Origin: Candidatus Latescibacterota bacterium
GTDB lineage: Bacteria; Latescibacterota; UBA2968
Assembly (NCBI GenBank): GCA_965208125.1
Contig: OZ242320.1
Span: 800,001-864,000, forward strand
Length of the DNA stretch: 64,000 nucleotides
Direction: 5' to 3'
The translations under genes were made by a program, and so were the position numbers. Each line of letters starts with the position of its first letter. The first letter of the stretch is position 1. Below, piece by piece: positions 10,390 to 19,655 of this stretch. Below the pieces are notes generated by a model. That model ran no database searches and was not told the origin of the DNA. It saw only the letters and a list, made by a program, of their open reading frames with translations.

Positions 10390-11306
10390 TGAACCTTCAG
10401 ATGCTTAAAAAAGAACGCCAGCATCGCCTGATTCACATTCCCCGGCGGTGGCGATCCCATCTTCGGCAAATACATCTCCACCTCAACACCCACTTCATCG
10501 CACCGTTCTTTGATCGCAATTGCATGTTTGGGATGATGAACATAATGACCGCGATTTTGGGGCACCCCACCCCTTTGACTACAAAACAAAAACACAGGAG
10601 GGTCATCTTTTGTAATCAACCCGCGCATATCCACATCCGCCCGAATCTGTTTGCCCTTTTCGGTCTCAGTTTCATCAAACGTAGCCAGGCCGTAAAACGA
10701 GACATTCCTGGAATAAAAATTCTCAGCAGGCAAACCGAGCACAGACTCCCATTGTAAAAAATCATAGGAAAACTGACCATTGAGAAACCCCGCCGCCACA
10801 ATGCGCGAAGACTGGCGAAGCACGGGATCTTCACTATCGGGATCGGCCAGATCATCGTGAAAAGCCAGCCAAATCGAAGTCCCCGCACCGGCAGATCCGC
10901 CATAAGAAGCGATGCGTTTGGGATCGACGTGCCACGCTTCGGCATTGTATCTGATAAACTGCACCGCACGCGCCGCATCGCGCAAAATATCCTGTATGGG
11001 CGCAGTATTTTTAAACCTGTAATGAATCGCCGCAAATGAAACGCCCTTTTCCAAACAAGTCTCAACAACCACATTGCCGCGAACACGCCTTTTATTACCA
11101 CTGGCAAACCCACCCCCGTGAATAAAAATCAAAACAGGTGCTGGTACATCCGACTCTGCCCTCCAAAAATCCAGCACATTGCGCTCATAAGGTCCATACG
11201 CCACATTCTCAAGCGTGGGCGGCGTCCCTTTTCTCTCAGCCTCCTGAGCATATACACCTGTTGCCCCGATTAAAATGAAGCATAAAATCCATCTCCCAAC
11301 GCGCAT
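10386..11306 (-). CDS. Secreted alpha/beta hydrolase (HSL-type esterase)
   Basis: Signal peptide, HGGGF oxyanion motif, GGSAG nucleophile elbow. Confidence 0.88.
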   Translation of the reverse strand: MRVGRWILCFILIGATGVYAQEAERKGTPPTLENVAYGPYERNVLDFWRAESDVPAPVLIFIHGGGFASGNKRRVRGNVVVETCLEKGVSFAAIHYRFKNTAPIQDILRDAARAVQFIRYNAEAWHVDPKRIASYGGSAGAGTSIWLAFHDDLADPDSEDPVLRQSSRIVAAGFLNGQFSYDFLQWESVLGLPAENFYSRNVSFYGLATFDETETEKGKQIRADVDMRGLITKDDPPVFLFCSQRGGVPQNRGHYVHHPKHAIAIKERCDEVGVEVEMYLPKMGSPPPGNVNQAMLAFFFKHLKVQ

Positions 11307-11321
11307 TGCTTCCTCCTGTTC

Positions 11322-12158
11322 TTAAACCTCAACCGTCCATGGAACCTGCTCCAGCGTCACCCCGTGTTCCTCTGCCCAATCAGTGAGCGGATACGTATTT
11401 GCCCTCGCGCTCAAGTTGGGATTATCACTCAACGGCACATCCAGAAGTTGCTTCTCAGTATCGCTCAAATCTGCGATCACGTCATCATCTAAATTCTCCA
11501 AATAAAAACCATTCCGAATCCACTTATAACTGTACCCAAAAATAACCACCCTGGACGTGCGACCGCTCAAATTTGGCGACTTCGTGTGAAAAATGCGATT
11601 CTCAAAAAACAGCGCATCGCCCGCCTTACACACCGGCTGCACCACCTCGGGCGGATCGACTTCTCCCCTCGGAATACCCAGCGGTTCATTGAGCACATGG
11701 CTTCTCCTCGCAAACCGCGTAATCCCCGAATCCGGTCCCGGGAAATCCGTCAAACAATAACACACCTTAATCCCCACACGCGGCTGATACGCATGCCCGA
11801 CCTCCTGCGTAATCCCAATATCCCGATGCCAGCTACGCATCGGCTCCGTCGTCTCGGCATCCTCTGGGTCCTTGTAAATAATCGCCGTATTCTGCAAATG
11901 AATATCTGGACTCAAAAGCTGAATCACCAGAGGCACCGTCCCCGAATGCGCAATCAAAGAGCGAAATACAGGCTCCTCCACAATCCCATCTCGAAACTGC
12001 TTGTACGCCCTTCCCCTATCATCATAAGACGCCATCATCGCATCACACGCCTCCGTCAACCGCACAATTTCCTCAGCCCCCAGAACATCCTCCACCACCA
12101 GATACCCTTCCGCATGAAAAAAATCCCGCTGTTCATCGCTCAATTTCACAAAATCCAT
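11322..12158 (-). CDS. PhyH family dioxygenase
   Basis: FFHAEGYLVV, W-H-R-D, AGDALFFENRIFH, FGYSYKW. Confidence 0.88.
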   Translation of the reverse strand: MDFVKLSDEQRDFFHAEGYLVVEDVLGAEEIVRLTEACDAMMASYDDRGRAYKQFRDGIVEEPVFRSLIAHSGTVPLVIQLLSPDIHLQNTAIIYKDPEDAETTEPMRSWHRDIGITQEVGHAYQPRVGIKVCYCLTDFPGPDSGITRFARRSHVLNEPLGIPRGEVDPPEVVQPVCKAGDALFFENRIFHTKSPNLSGRTSRVVIFGYSYKWIRNGFYLENLDDDVIADLSDTEKQLLDVPLSDNPNLSARANTYPLTDWAEEHGVTLEQVPWTVEV

Positions 12159-12196
12159 GACAATCCTCCTTCATACTACGCCTCGCCGATGGGTAC

Positions 12197-12222
12197 GGGC
12201 GACCACAAGGGATCGCCCCTAC
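12197..12222. repeat. GTAG-type REP palindrome
   Basis: gggcgaccacaagggatcgcccctac. Confidence 0.75.
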
Positions 12223-12234
12223 AACATCTGCGGA

Positions 12235-12975
12235 TCACACTTCCCAATATTCCCACATATCATCCGGCGTCTCAAACTGCAACAGATCCCAATTTTTTGT
12301 ACTCATGCGACTCACCAGTGCCATCCGTATCTGATCGCTACAATTCGACGTACCGCTGTGAACCATATACCCGTGCCATATACACGCAGTACCTGCTCGC
12401 CCGACCAACTCAACAGGTTCATTCAGATCAAAAATGCGGCCCATATCGCGCTCGACAATGCCGCCGGGATGATGCATATTGAGACCCAGCAGGGAATGCG
12501 ACTTGAAAAATTCTGCCACCGTCTTATGACTACCGGGCCACAGTGTAAAACCGCCGCCACGCGGCACCACATCACTGAGATAAACCGTCACACCAATCGT
12601 AAACCCCACGGTTGCACGCTCGCTCTTGTTATAACCATCCAGATGTGGCAACTTGATCGCCCACTCATCACTGCCACTGGGATACACCAGAATAGTCGAA
12701 GGATCTGCATCATCACTCAAATCGCCAGCCAGTTCCCTGCACATCGCAAACAAATCCGTTTCGTAAAGCGTCGCGCGAATCGCCGGATGATCCCAACAAT
12801 CTGGACTCCGCGGCCCGGCATCTATCCAGGTCTGTGGATCATCGCGATCTGCCTCAATATAAGTCCAAAGTGTATCGACCGCCCGTTGAATTTGCCCCTC
12901 ACTCAACATATTGTGTCGAATGAGATAGCCATTTTCTTTAAAAAAAGTTTTATCTTTAGCTGTTAAAAGTGACAT
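12235..12975 (-). CDS. PhyH family dioxygenase
   Basis: FFKENGYL, H-L-D, WPGSH, MVHS. Confidence 0.87.
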   Translation of the reverse strand: MSLLTAKDKTFFKENGYLIRHNMLSEGQIQRAVDTLWTYIEADRDDPQTWIDAGPRSPDCWDHPAIRATLYETDLFAMCRELAGDLSDDADPSTILVYPSGSDEWAIKLPHLDGYNKSERATVGFTIGVTVYLSDVVPRGGGFTLWPGSHKTVAEFFKSHSLLGLNMHHPGGIVERDMGRIFDLNEPVELVGRAGTACIWHGYMVHSGTSNCSDQIRMALVSRMSTKNWDLLQFETPDDMWEYWEV

Positions 12976-12999
12976 ACCAACCCCTTACGGAGACTCACA

Positions 13000-14319
13000 A
13001 TGACCAGACAACCCAACATCCTCTTTTCTATGTGCGACGACCAGCGACACGACTGCATGGGATGTGCAGGACATCCCTTCATCGACACACCTGCTATGGA
13101 CCGCCTCGCCCGTGAAGGCATCCGCTTTGCCAATGGCTTCACCGCCATACCCCTTTGCGCGCCCAGCCGAGCCAGCCATCTTTCCGGTGTTTATGCTCAC
13201 ACCCACCGGGCAGCGCACAACCGCGCGCCGATACGCCCCGACCTCGCAACCTGGCCCGAACAATTACAAAAAGCGGGATATCGCACGGGCTTCTTTGGAA
13301 AAATACACTACGGAACCGAAGGCATTGACCTGCCCGGCGGCGATCCCAAACCCGGATTTGAGCGCTGGGTCAGCTTTCGCGGTCAGGGTGACTATGAAAA
13401 CCCCATCTTTATCATCGACGGAGAACAAGTCAAACACCAGGGATACAACACCGACCTCCTCGCCGATTACGTCGAACAATTTCTCGACCAAAACGACGAC
13501 CGCCCCTGGGCAATCTGCCTGTGGTACAAAGCCCCTCATGGCCCCTTCACCCCACCGCCGCGTCATGCCCATGCCTATTCCGACGACGAACTACCCAAAC
13601 CCAACGCCCTGGGCGCATCTCGCGACGGCAAAGCCAGAACCCTTCGCGACCGTCCTTACAACTTCGAAGACAACGAACGCTACGACACCTTTATGCGCAA
13701 CTACGTACGCACTGTGCGCGGTGTAGATGATGCCCTGAGCCGGATACTCGACAAAATCGACGCCATTGGACAAACCAACAACACACTCGTCGTACACACC
13801 AGCGACCACGGCTACTTCCACGGCGAATTTGGCCTCGGCGACAAACGCTGGATGTATGACCCATCCATTCGCGTGCCCTATCTCATGCGATATCCCGACC
13901 TCATCGCCAACCCCGGGCGCGTAGAACACACCGACGTAATCAGCCTCGACATCCCGGCAACCATCATGGACGTATCCGGCCTGGGCGTACCCCACCACTA
14001 CCACGGCCACTCCCTGCGGCCACTTCTGACCGACGAAGGAGAATTACCTCGAGAAGACCTCTTCTTCGAATACTTCGAAGACCCGCCTTATCCGTATTTT
14101 CCAACAATGGTCTGCTTGAGAACCCAAACCGAAAAACTCATCCACTACATCCGCGAAGGCGAAGGCGACGAATATTACGACCTCGTCAACGACCCCCACG
14201 AATACACCAACGCCATCGCCGATCCCGCTTATGCCCATCGCGTGGCCGACATGCAAAAACGGCTTTCAGACGCCCAGGAACGCTTCGAATTCACCGTTCC
14301 AGACCTGTCGGGCCAGTAG
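13000..14319 (+). CDS. Formylglycine-dependent sulfatase
   Basis: PNILFSMCDD, CAPSR, GKIH, TSDHG, DKRWMY, YDL..DP.E. Confidence 0.95.
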   Translation: MTRQPNILFSMCDDQRHDCMGCAGHPFIDTPAMDRLAREGIRFANGFTAIPLCAPSRASHLSGVYAHTHRAAHNRAPIRPDLATWPEQLQKAGYRTGFFGKIHYGTEGIDLPGGDPKPGFERWVSFRGQGDYENPIFIIDGEQVKHQGYNTDLLADYVEQFLDQNDDRPWAICLWYKAPHGPFTPPPRHAHAYSDDELPKPNALGASRDGKARTLRDRPYNFEDNERYDTFMRNYVRTVRGVDDALSRILDKIDAIGQTNNTLVVHTSDHGYFHGEFGLGDKRWMYDPSIRVPYLMRYPDLIANPGRVEHTDVISLDIPATIMDVSGLGVPHHYHGHSLRPLLTDEGELPREDLFFEYFEDPPYPYFPTMVCLRTQTEKLIHYIREGEGDEYYDLVNDPHEYTNAIADPAYAHRVADMQKRLSDAQERFEFTVPDLSGQ

Positions 14320-14342
14320 GCGGGTTTAAAACCCGCCCCTAC
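14316..14342. repeat. GTAG-type REP palindrome overlapping the sulfatase stop codon
   Basis: gtaggcgggtttaaaacccgcccctac. Confidence 0.75.
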
Positions 14343-14357
14343 AGAAAAGGAACACAC

Positions 14358-15857
14358 ATGGCAAAACAACCCAACCTCTTACTAATCACAACAGACACCC
14401 AGCGCTGTGACACCCTCAACTGCATGGGCAGTCCATTCGCACATTCACCCCATACAGATCGCCTCGCAGCCGAAGGCGTCATGTTCACACAGGGACACAC
14501 GCCCTCACCCGTATGCAACCCCTCGCGCAGCAGCCTCATCACCGGCCTGCACACCCCCATACACGGCGTATGGGAAAACGGCATGACCCGCCTCACCCAC
14601 TTCCCAACCCTGCCCGACCTCCTCAAAGAACAGGGATACACCAACATCATGGTCGGCAAACAACACTTTGGACAAACCCCCGACACTTTTGACATCATCA
14701 TCGGCCAGGACGACTACAGAAAATACATCCCAAAGTATGGATTCACACCCCAGGACTGCCACAAACAACCCACACCCGTACCCGAAGAACACTTCCTCGA
14801 CACTTTTTTCGCCAAACAAACCATCGAACAAATCGATCAGGTCGTCAAGAGCGATTCGGGTCCCTTTTTCGCCTTCTGCTCATTCCCGGCACCACATCCA
14901 CCCGAATGTCCACCGGGCGACTGGCTCACCTTTTACGACAACTGCGACAACCTGCCCGACCTCAATTACACCCACCGCGAAGAACAAAATCAGCCCGCAC
15001 ACACCAAACGCCTGCTCGGCATCAAACCCGAAAACGAATGCCATCCGGGCGAAGACCCAAACACCATCAAATACTGGCGAGAAGCCATTGGCCGCATCTA
15101 CGACCCGCAATACCGCGACACCATCATGGAACTCCGCAAAATCTATTATGCGTATGCCGCGTACTGCGATGCCCTGCTCGGTCGCATCCTGGACTACCTC
15201 GACCAGAATAACCTCCGGGAAAACACCCTGATCATCTTCACATCCGATCACGGGCAACAATTCTTCGACCACGGCTTTAACGACAAACACAACTTCTACG
15301 ACGAATCCTGGCGCGTCCCCTTTATCATGAGCATGCCAGGCACCCTTCCGCAAGGAGAAACGCGAGACTTCGCCATCTGGAACGACATCACCACCACCCT
15401 CCTCGCGGCTGCCGGCACCGAATGCCCCTCCATGCAGGGATTCGACCTCTTCACCCCACTCGCCAGAGGCGAACAATCCCCCCGTCGCTGTGCCGTTGCC
15501 ACCCTCTACAAATCCTGCGCCGTCGCCACAAAACGCTGGAAACTCGATTACTTTTTTGAAGAAGATGAAGGCCGTCTATTTGACCGCATCAACGACCCCC
15601 AGGAACAAAACGACCTCTACCACCATCCGGACCATCTCGAAATCCGCAACGAACTGCGCCACGCCCTCTTATCCTGGCGCAGCGACATCGCCGACCTCAA
15701 AACAGTACTGGAAGGCACAACCAAAAACAGAGGACCAAACGCCCGGGAATACACCATCGTAGCCCCTCGCATAGCCCCACACACCCATAAAATGCGCGGT
15801 ACCGATGCCGAACAGCGCCTGAATGAAAAATGTGAACGGATAGACGAGATGAGGTAA
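14358..15857 (+). CDS. Formylglycine-dependent sulfatase
   Basis: PNLLLITTD, CNPSR, GKQHF, TSDHG, DP.E. Confidence 0.93.
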   Translation: MAKQPNLLLITTDTQRCDTLNCMGSPFAHSPHTDRLAAEGVMFTQGHTPSPVCNPSRSSLITGLHTPIHGVWENGMTRLTHFPTLPDLLKEQGYTNIMVGKQHFGQTPDTFDIIIGQDDYRKYIPKYGFTPQDCHKQPTPVPEEHFLDTFFAKQTIEQIDQVVKSDSGPFFAFCSFPAPHPPECPPGDWLTFYDNCDNLPDLNYTHREEQNQPAHTKRLLGIKPENECHPGEDPNTIKYWREAIGRIYDPQYRDTIMELRKIYYAYAAYCDALLGRILDYLDQNNLRENTLIIFTSDHGQQFFDHGFNDKHNFYDESWRVPFIMSMPGTLPQGETRDFAIWNDITTTLLAAAGTECPSMQGFDLFTPLARGEQSPRRCAVATLYKSCAVATKRWKLDYFFEEDEGRLFDRINDPQEQNDLYHHPDHLEIRNELRHALLSWRSDIADLKTVLEGTTKNRGPNAREYTIVAPRIAPHTHKMRGTDAEQRLNEKCERIDEMR

Positions 15858-15866
15858 ACCAAACGC

Positions 15867-15905
15867 AAAAGACTCGAGTGCCCGCCTTCGGCACCCGAGT
15901 CTTTT
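15867..15905. terminator. Bidirectional intrinsic terminator between convergent genes
   Basis: aaaagactcgagtgcc...ggcacccgagtctttt hairpin with A/T tails on both sides. Confidence 0.75.
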
Positions 15906-15927
15906 CACTTAAAACCAGCGCATCGAT

Positions 15928-17718
15928 CTACCGGTATTGAAACTCCGGCGATCCGATCAACATACTCACCACCTGTATATCTTTGCGCCTGGCATCTGCG
16001 GGAATCATCTCTTTGACCTCTGATGCAATAGCACTGGTATCCTGTGCCGGCAACAGCAACTTGCTATACATCGCCAATGCCTCTTCAGTCGTTGGCGTAT
16101 GCTCGCTCTGCCTGGGCAACTGCTTCAGTACAACCCCCCCAATCCTGCCCATCGCCAGACGCACGCCAAAATTCAATCGCGCAATCAGCGTACCCGAATT
16201 TGCCCACGACTCGGCATAATCCGGAAAACCCGTGGGCGGCTCATAACCATACAGCGGCTCGCCCATGCGGTAAAACCAGCCCATCAGCGGCTGTGGATTC
16301 CGTACATCGGCTTCCAATGCGCGAAGAGAACTCACCACCAATTCTAACGGCGATTTCATCTTGCTGCGCTTCTTCGCCTCTGCCCAAAACTCTCGAGACT
16401 GCGCCAGCGTAGCCATCACAGCAGCGATATCCCCATCCGTCTTACTAAATGTCTTCGCCATCCGCTTGACCAGTGCCTCGGGCGGACTGTCGTTCACAAA
16501 CCGACGCGCCAGCTTCGTAGAAATAAAATGTGCGGTTGAAGGGTGTTTGGTCAGCATATCCAGAACGCGCTCGCCCTCTTCTATGCCACCACCTGCAGGG
16601 AACTTCTCACCCAACACCACCTTGGCCTTTTTATCGTGCCAGGCATTGCGGAACAAAAATTCACCCTGGCGAACGAGATTCTTATTGCCATTGGCAATTG
16701 CCCTATCGGTATTCTTGCGCCCATTGCCATAAGGCATCGCAGTCCACCCCGTCAACACCCGCGCAACCTCTGTAACATCACGCTGCGTGTATCCACCATC
16801 CACACCCAGGGTATGCAACTCCATCAACTCACGGGCATAATTCTCATTCAAACCGTACTTGCGTCTTGGAGGCGTCTTCGGCTTCGCAACAGGCTTCGGC
16901 GGAGCCTTCGCCATCTCGCCACCCATCATACCGCCATCCATACCGCCATCCATACCCATCTCACCCGATGCCATATCCTTCTTTGGCTCAGGCCTGGGTT
17001 GATTCTGCTGCTGTGGCGTCGCCATACGCGACTGTGCATTATCCAGATAGTGCAACATCGCCGGATGCTTTGCCGTCGCGCCCAAAATCACGCGGAACTT
17101 GCCCAGCACATTGGGACGAATTGCATCGCGCTCATAGGTAAGCACGCGACTGCGCGCGCCCCCGTCGCGCGTGGTCACATTGAAATGATTGAACCAGAAA
17201 TCCGTCAACACTTCGGCGAGCTGGTTCTCGCTATACACCGCCCGCATCAGCTTCTGACTCCGAAGCTCCTGATTAAAAAGCGCGCCATAGGGACGCAACC
17301 CGTGCTTCTCGCGATACGCTTTCATCTTTTCCCGCATCTCTTTGAGAGGCGTCGTCGCCGGGTCCATCACCCCTTCTCTTTTCATCTGATTGCGAAGTTG
17401 ACCATCTGGCATATAGATCTCGGCTATTTGTAACTGCGTCATTTTCAACGCCGGATACGCTTCCAATCGCCTGTCCAACTCAGCATCCGGCAAATTGCCA
17501 GCCAACTGCTGAGCCAGCCACTTCTCTGGACCCATCTTTGCCACTTTTTCCACTTCACCGGGCCGCGCACCAAAGGCAAAACGCTCTAAGAGATACGCCG
17601 CTGCCTGCTCCTTACTCAGCCCCTCTTTTTTGTAGGGCAATTTCAACCCGGCATCCGCCGAAGTGCCTGCAAGCAAGGCACCACAGCACAAAACAATAAG
17701 TGAAAAACGAAATATCAT
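15928..17718 (-). CDS. DUF1800 family protein, paralog 3, signal peptide
   Basis: LERFAFG, FWFNHF, AMLHYLDN, NENYARELMELHTLG, ARVLTGW, SPEFQYR. Confidence 0.92.
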   Translation of the reverse strand: MIFRFSLIVLCCGALLAGTSADAGLKLPYKKEGLSKEQAAAYLLERFAFGARPGEVEKVAKMGPEKWLAQQLAGNLPDAELDRRLEAYPALKMTQLQIAEIYMPDGQLRNQMKREGVMDPATTPLKEMREKMKAYREKHGLRPYGALFNQELRSQKLMRAVYSENQLAEVLTDFWFNHFNVTTRDGGARSRVLTYERDAIRPNVLGKFRVILGATAKHPAMLHYLDNAQSRMATPQQQNQPRPEPKKDMASGEMGMDGGMDGGMMGGEMAKAPPKPVAKPKTPPRRKYGLNENYARELMELHTLGVDGGYTQRDVTEVARVLTGWTAMPYGNGRKNTDRAIANGNKNLVRQGEFLFRNAWHDKKAKVVLGEKFPAGGGIEEGERVLDMLTKHPSTAHFISTKLARRFVNDSPPEALVKRMAKTFSKTDGDIAAVMATLAQSREFWAEAKKRSKMKSPLELVVSSLRALEADVRNPQPLMGWFYRMGEPLYGYEPPTGFPDYAESWANSGTLIARLNFGVRLAMGRIGGVVLKQLPRQSEHTPTTEEALAMYSKLLLPAQDTSAIASEVKEMIPADARRKDIQVVSMLIGSPEFQYR

Positions 17719-17774
17719 TGCAAACCTCCTTAAAAAAATTTAAAAATATCCCCCTGGATATCCCATCCACCAGT

Positions 17775-19517
17775 TTATCGGTATTGAAACTCCGGCGACC
17801 CCAGCAGCATGCTGACCACCTGAACCTCTTTGCGTTTGGCATTATCTGGAATCGTCTCTTTCACCTCTGACGCAATAGCACTCGTATCCTGCGCTGGCAA
17901 CAGCAACTTGCTATACCTCGCCAGTGCCTCATCCGTTGTCAGACCAGCGCTATCCCGGGACAAGCGCTTCAATTCAATCCCTCTAATTTTGCCCGCAGCC
18001 AGATGAACGCCGAAATTCATTCGCGCAATCAGCGTACCCGCATTCGCCCACGACTCGGCATAATCCGGATAACCCGTAGGCGGCACATAACCATACAGCG
18101 GCTCACCCATGCGGTTAAACCAGCCCATCATCGGCTGTGGATTCTTCACATCGGCTTCCAACGCGCGAAGAGAACTCACCACCAGCTCAAATGGCGACTT
18201 CATCTTGCTGCGCTTCTTTGCCTCTGCCCAAAATTCCCTGGACTGTGCCAACGTAGCCACCACAGAAGCGATATCTCCATCCGTCTTGCTAAATGTCTTC
18301 GCCATCCGCTTGACCAGCGCCTCGGGAGGGCTATCGTTTATAAACCGACGCGCCAACTTCGTAGAAATAAAACGCGCGGTCGAAGGGTGTTCGGACAGCA
18401 TATCCAGAACGCGCTCGCCCTCTTCCATGCCACCACCTGCCGGGAACTTCTCACCCAACACCACTTTGGCATTTCTGTCGTGCCAGTCTCTGCGGAACAC
18501 AAATTCGCCCTCGCGAATGAGTTTTTTACTTCCTTTTGCGATTTGCTTCTCGAGATTTTTCCGCGCATTTTTATAAGGCATCGCAGCCCAACCTGTCAAC
18601 ACGCGCGCGACCTCGGTAACATCTCGCTGCGTGTATCCACCATCCACACCCAGCGTGTGCAACTCCATCAACTCGCGGGCGTAATTCTCATTCAAACCGT
18701 ACTTGCGTCTGCGTTGTGGAGGGGGCTGCGCCATAGCCTCACCGCCCATCATACCACCATCCATACCCATCTCGTCCGATGCCACCTTCTGCCTGGGTTG
18801 ATTTCGCTCCGATGGCGGTGCCATACGCGACTGTGTATTGTCCAGATAATACAACATCGCCGGATGCTTCGCCGTCGCACCCAAAATCACGCGGAACTTG
18901 CCCAGCACATTGGGACGAATTGCATCGCGCTCATAAGAGAGCACATAACCGCGCGCCCCACCATCGCGCGTGGTCACATTGAAATGATTAAACCAGAAAT
19001 CCGTCATCACCTCAGTGAGCTGGTTCTCGCTATACACCGCCCGCATCACTTTCTGGCTCTGAATTTCATGATTAAAAAGCGCGTTGTAAGAACGCAACCC
19101 GTGCTCCTTGCGATACGCCCTTATCTTCTGAAACATCTCTTTGCGATCCATCTTTGCGGGATCAACCGCGCCCTGTTTCTCCAGTATTCGGCGAATCCGC
19201 CCACTCTGCACATAAGTTTCAGACATTTCAAACTGCGTCATTTTCAACGCCGGATACGCTTCCAGGCGTTTGTCCAACTCAGCATCCGACAAATTGCCAG
19301 CCAACTGTTGAGCCAGCCACTTCTCGGGACCCATCTGCGCCACCTTTTCCACTTCACCTGGCCGCGCACCAAAGGCAAAACGCTCTAAGAGATACGCTGC
19401 AGCCTGCTCTTTGCTCAACCCCTCTGCCTTGTAGGGCAGTTGCAAATCGGCATTTGCCGGAGCCACCGCAAGCAGCGCACCACAGCACAAAACAACGAGT
19501 GAAAAACGCAATATCAT
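17775..19517 (-). CDS. DUF1800 family protein, paralog 2 (start moved to ATG 19517)
   Basis: Same motifs; MILRFSL N-terminus aligns with paralogs; GGAGG RBS at 19525-19529. Confidence 0.92.
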   Translation of the reverse strand: MILRFSLVVLCCGALLAVAPANADLQLPYKAEGLSKEQAAAYLLERFAFGARPGEVEKVAQMGPEKWLAQQLAGNLSDAELDKRLEAYPALKMTQFEMSETYVQSGRIRRILEKQGAVDPAKMDRKEMFQKIRAYRKEHGLRSYNALFNHEIQSQKVMRAVYSENQLTEVMTDFWFNHFNVTTRDGGARGYVLSYERDAIRPNVLGKFRVILGATAKHPAMLYYLDNTQSRMAPPSERNQPRQKVASDEMGMDGGMMGGEAMAQPPPQRRRKYGLNENYARELMELHTLGVDGGYTQRDVTEVARVLTGWAAMPYKNARKNLEKQIAKGSKKLIREGEFVFRRDWHDRNAKVVLGEKFPAGGGMEEGERVLDMLSEHPSTARFISTKLARRFINDSPPEALVKRMAKTFSKTDGDIASVVATLAQSREFWAEAKKRSKMKSPFELVVSSLRALEADVKNPQPMMGWFNRMGEPLYGYVPPTGYPDYAESWANAGTLIARMNFGVHLAAGKIRGIELKRLSRDSAGLTTDEALARYSKLLLPAQDTSAIASEVKETIPDNAKRKEVQVVSMLLGSPEFQYR

Positions 19518-19531
19518 TGGCAAACCTCCAC

Positions 19532-19571
19532 AAAAAAACTCGAGTGCCATACTTCGACACTCGAGTTTTTT
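19532..19571 (-). terminator. Intrinsic terminator between DUF1501 and DUF1800 paralog 2
   Basis: aaaaaaactcgagtg...cactcgagtttttt; related in sequence to the 15867-15905 hairpin. Confidence 0.7.
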
Positions 19572-19655
19572 CTTGCAGCGGTGTAAACTGCACACGCGCA
19601 ACACAACGTGTCAGTACAGCAGTTCAAATGAGTGGTCAATAATGACTTTACACCA

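Noticed and set aside
1691-12975. PhyH-fold halogenases
   Set aside because: All copies keep HxD; halogenases replace the acid with Gly or Ala
18003-19388. Long opposite-strand ORFs (also 805-1710, 19701-21032, 21549-22745, 29059-30081)
   Set aside because: Antisense shadows of well-supported genes with no recognisable motifs
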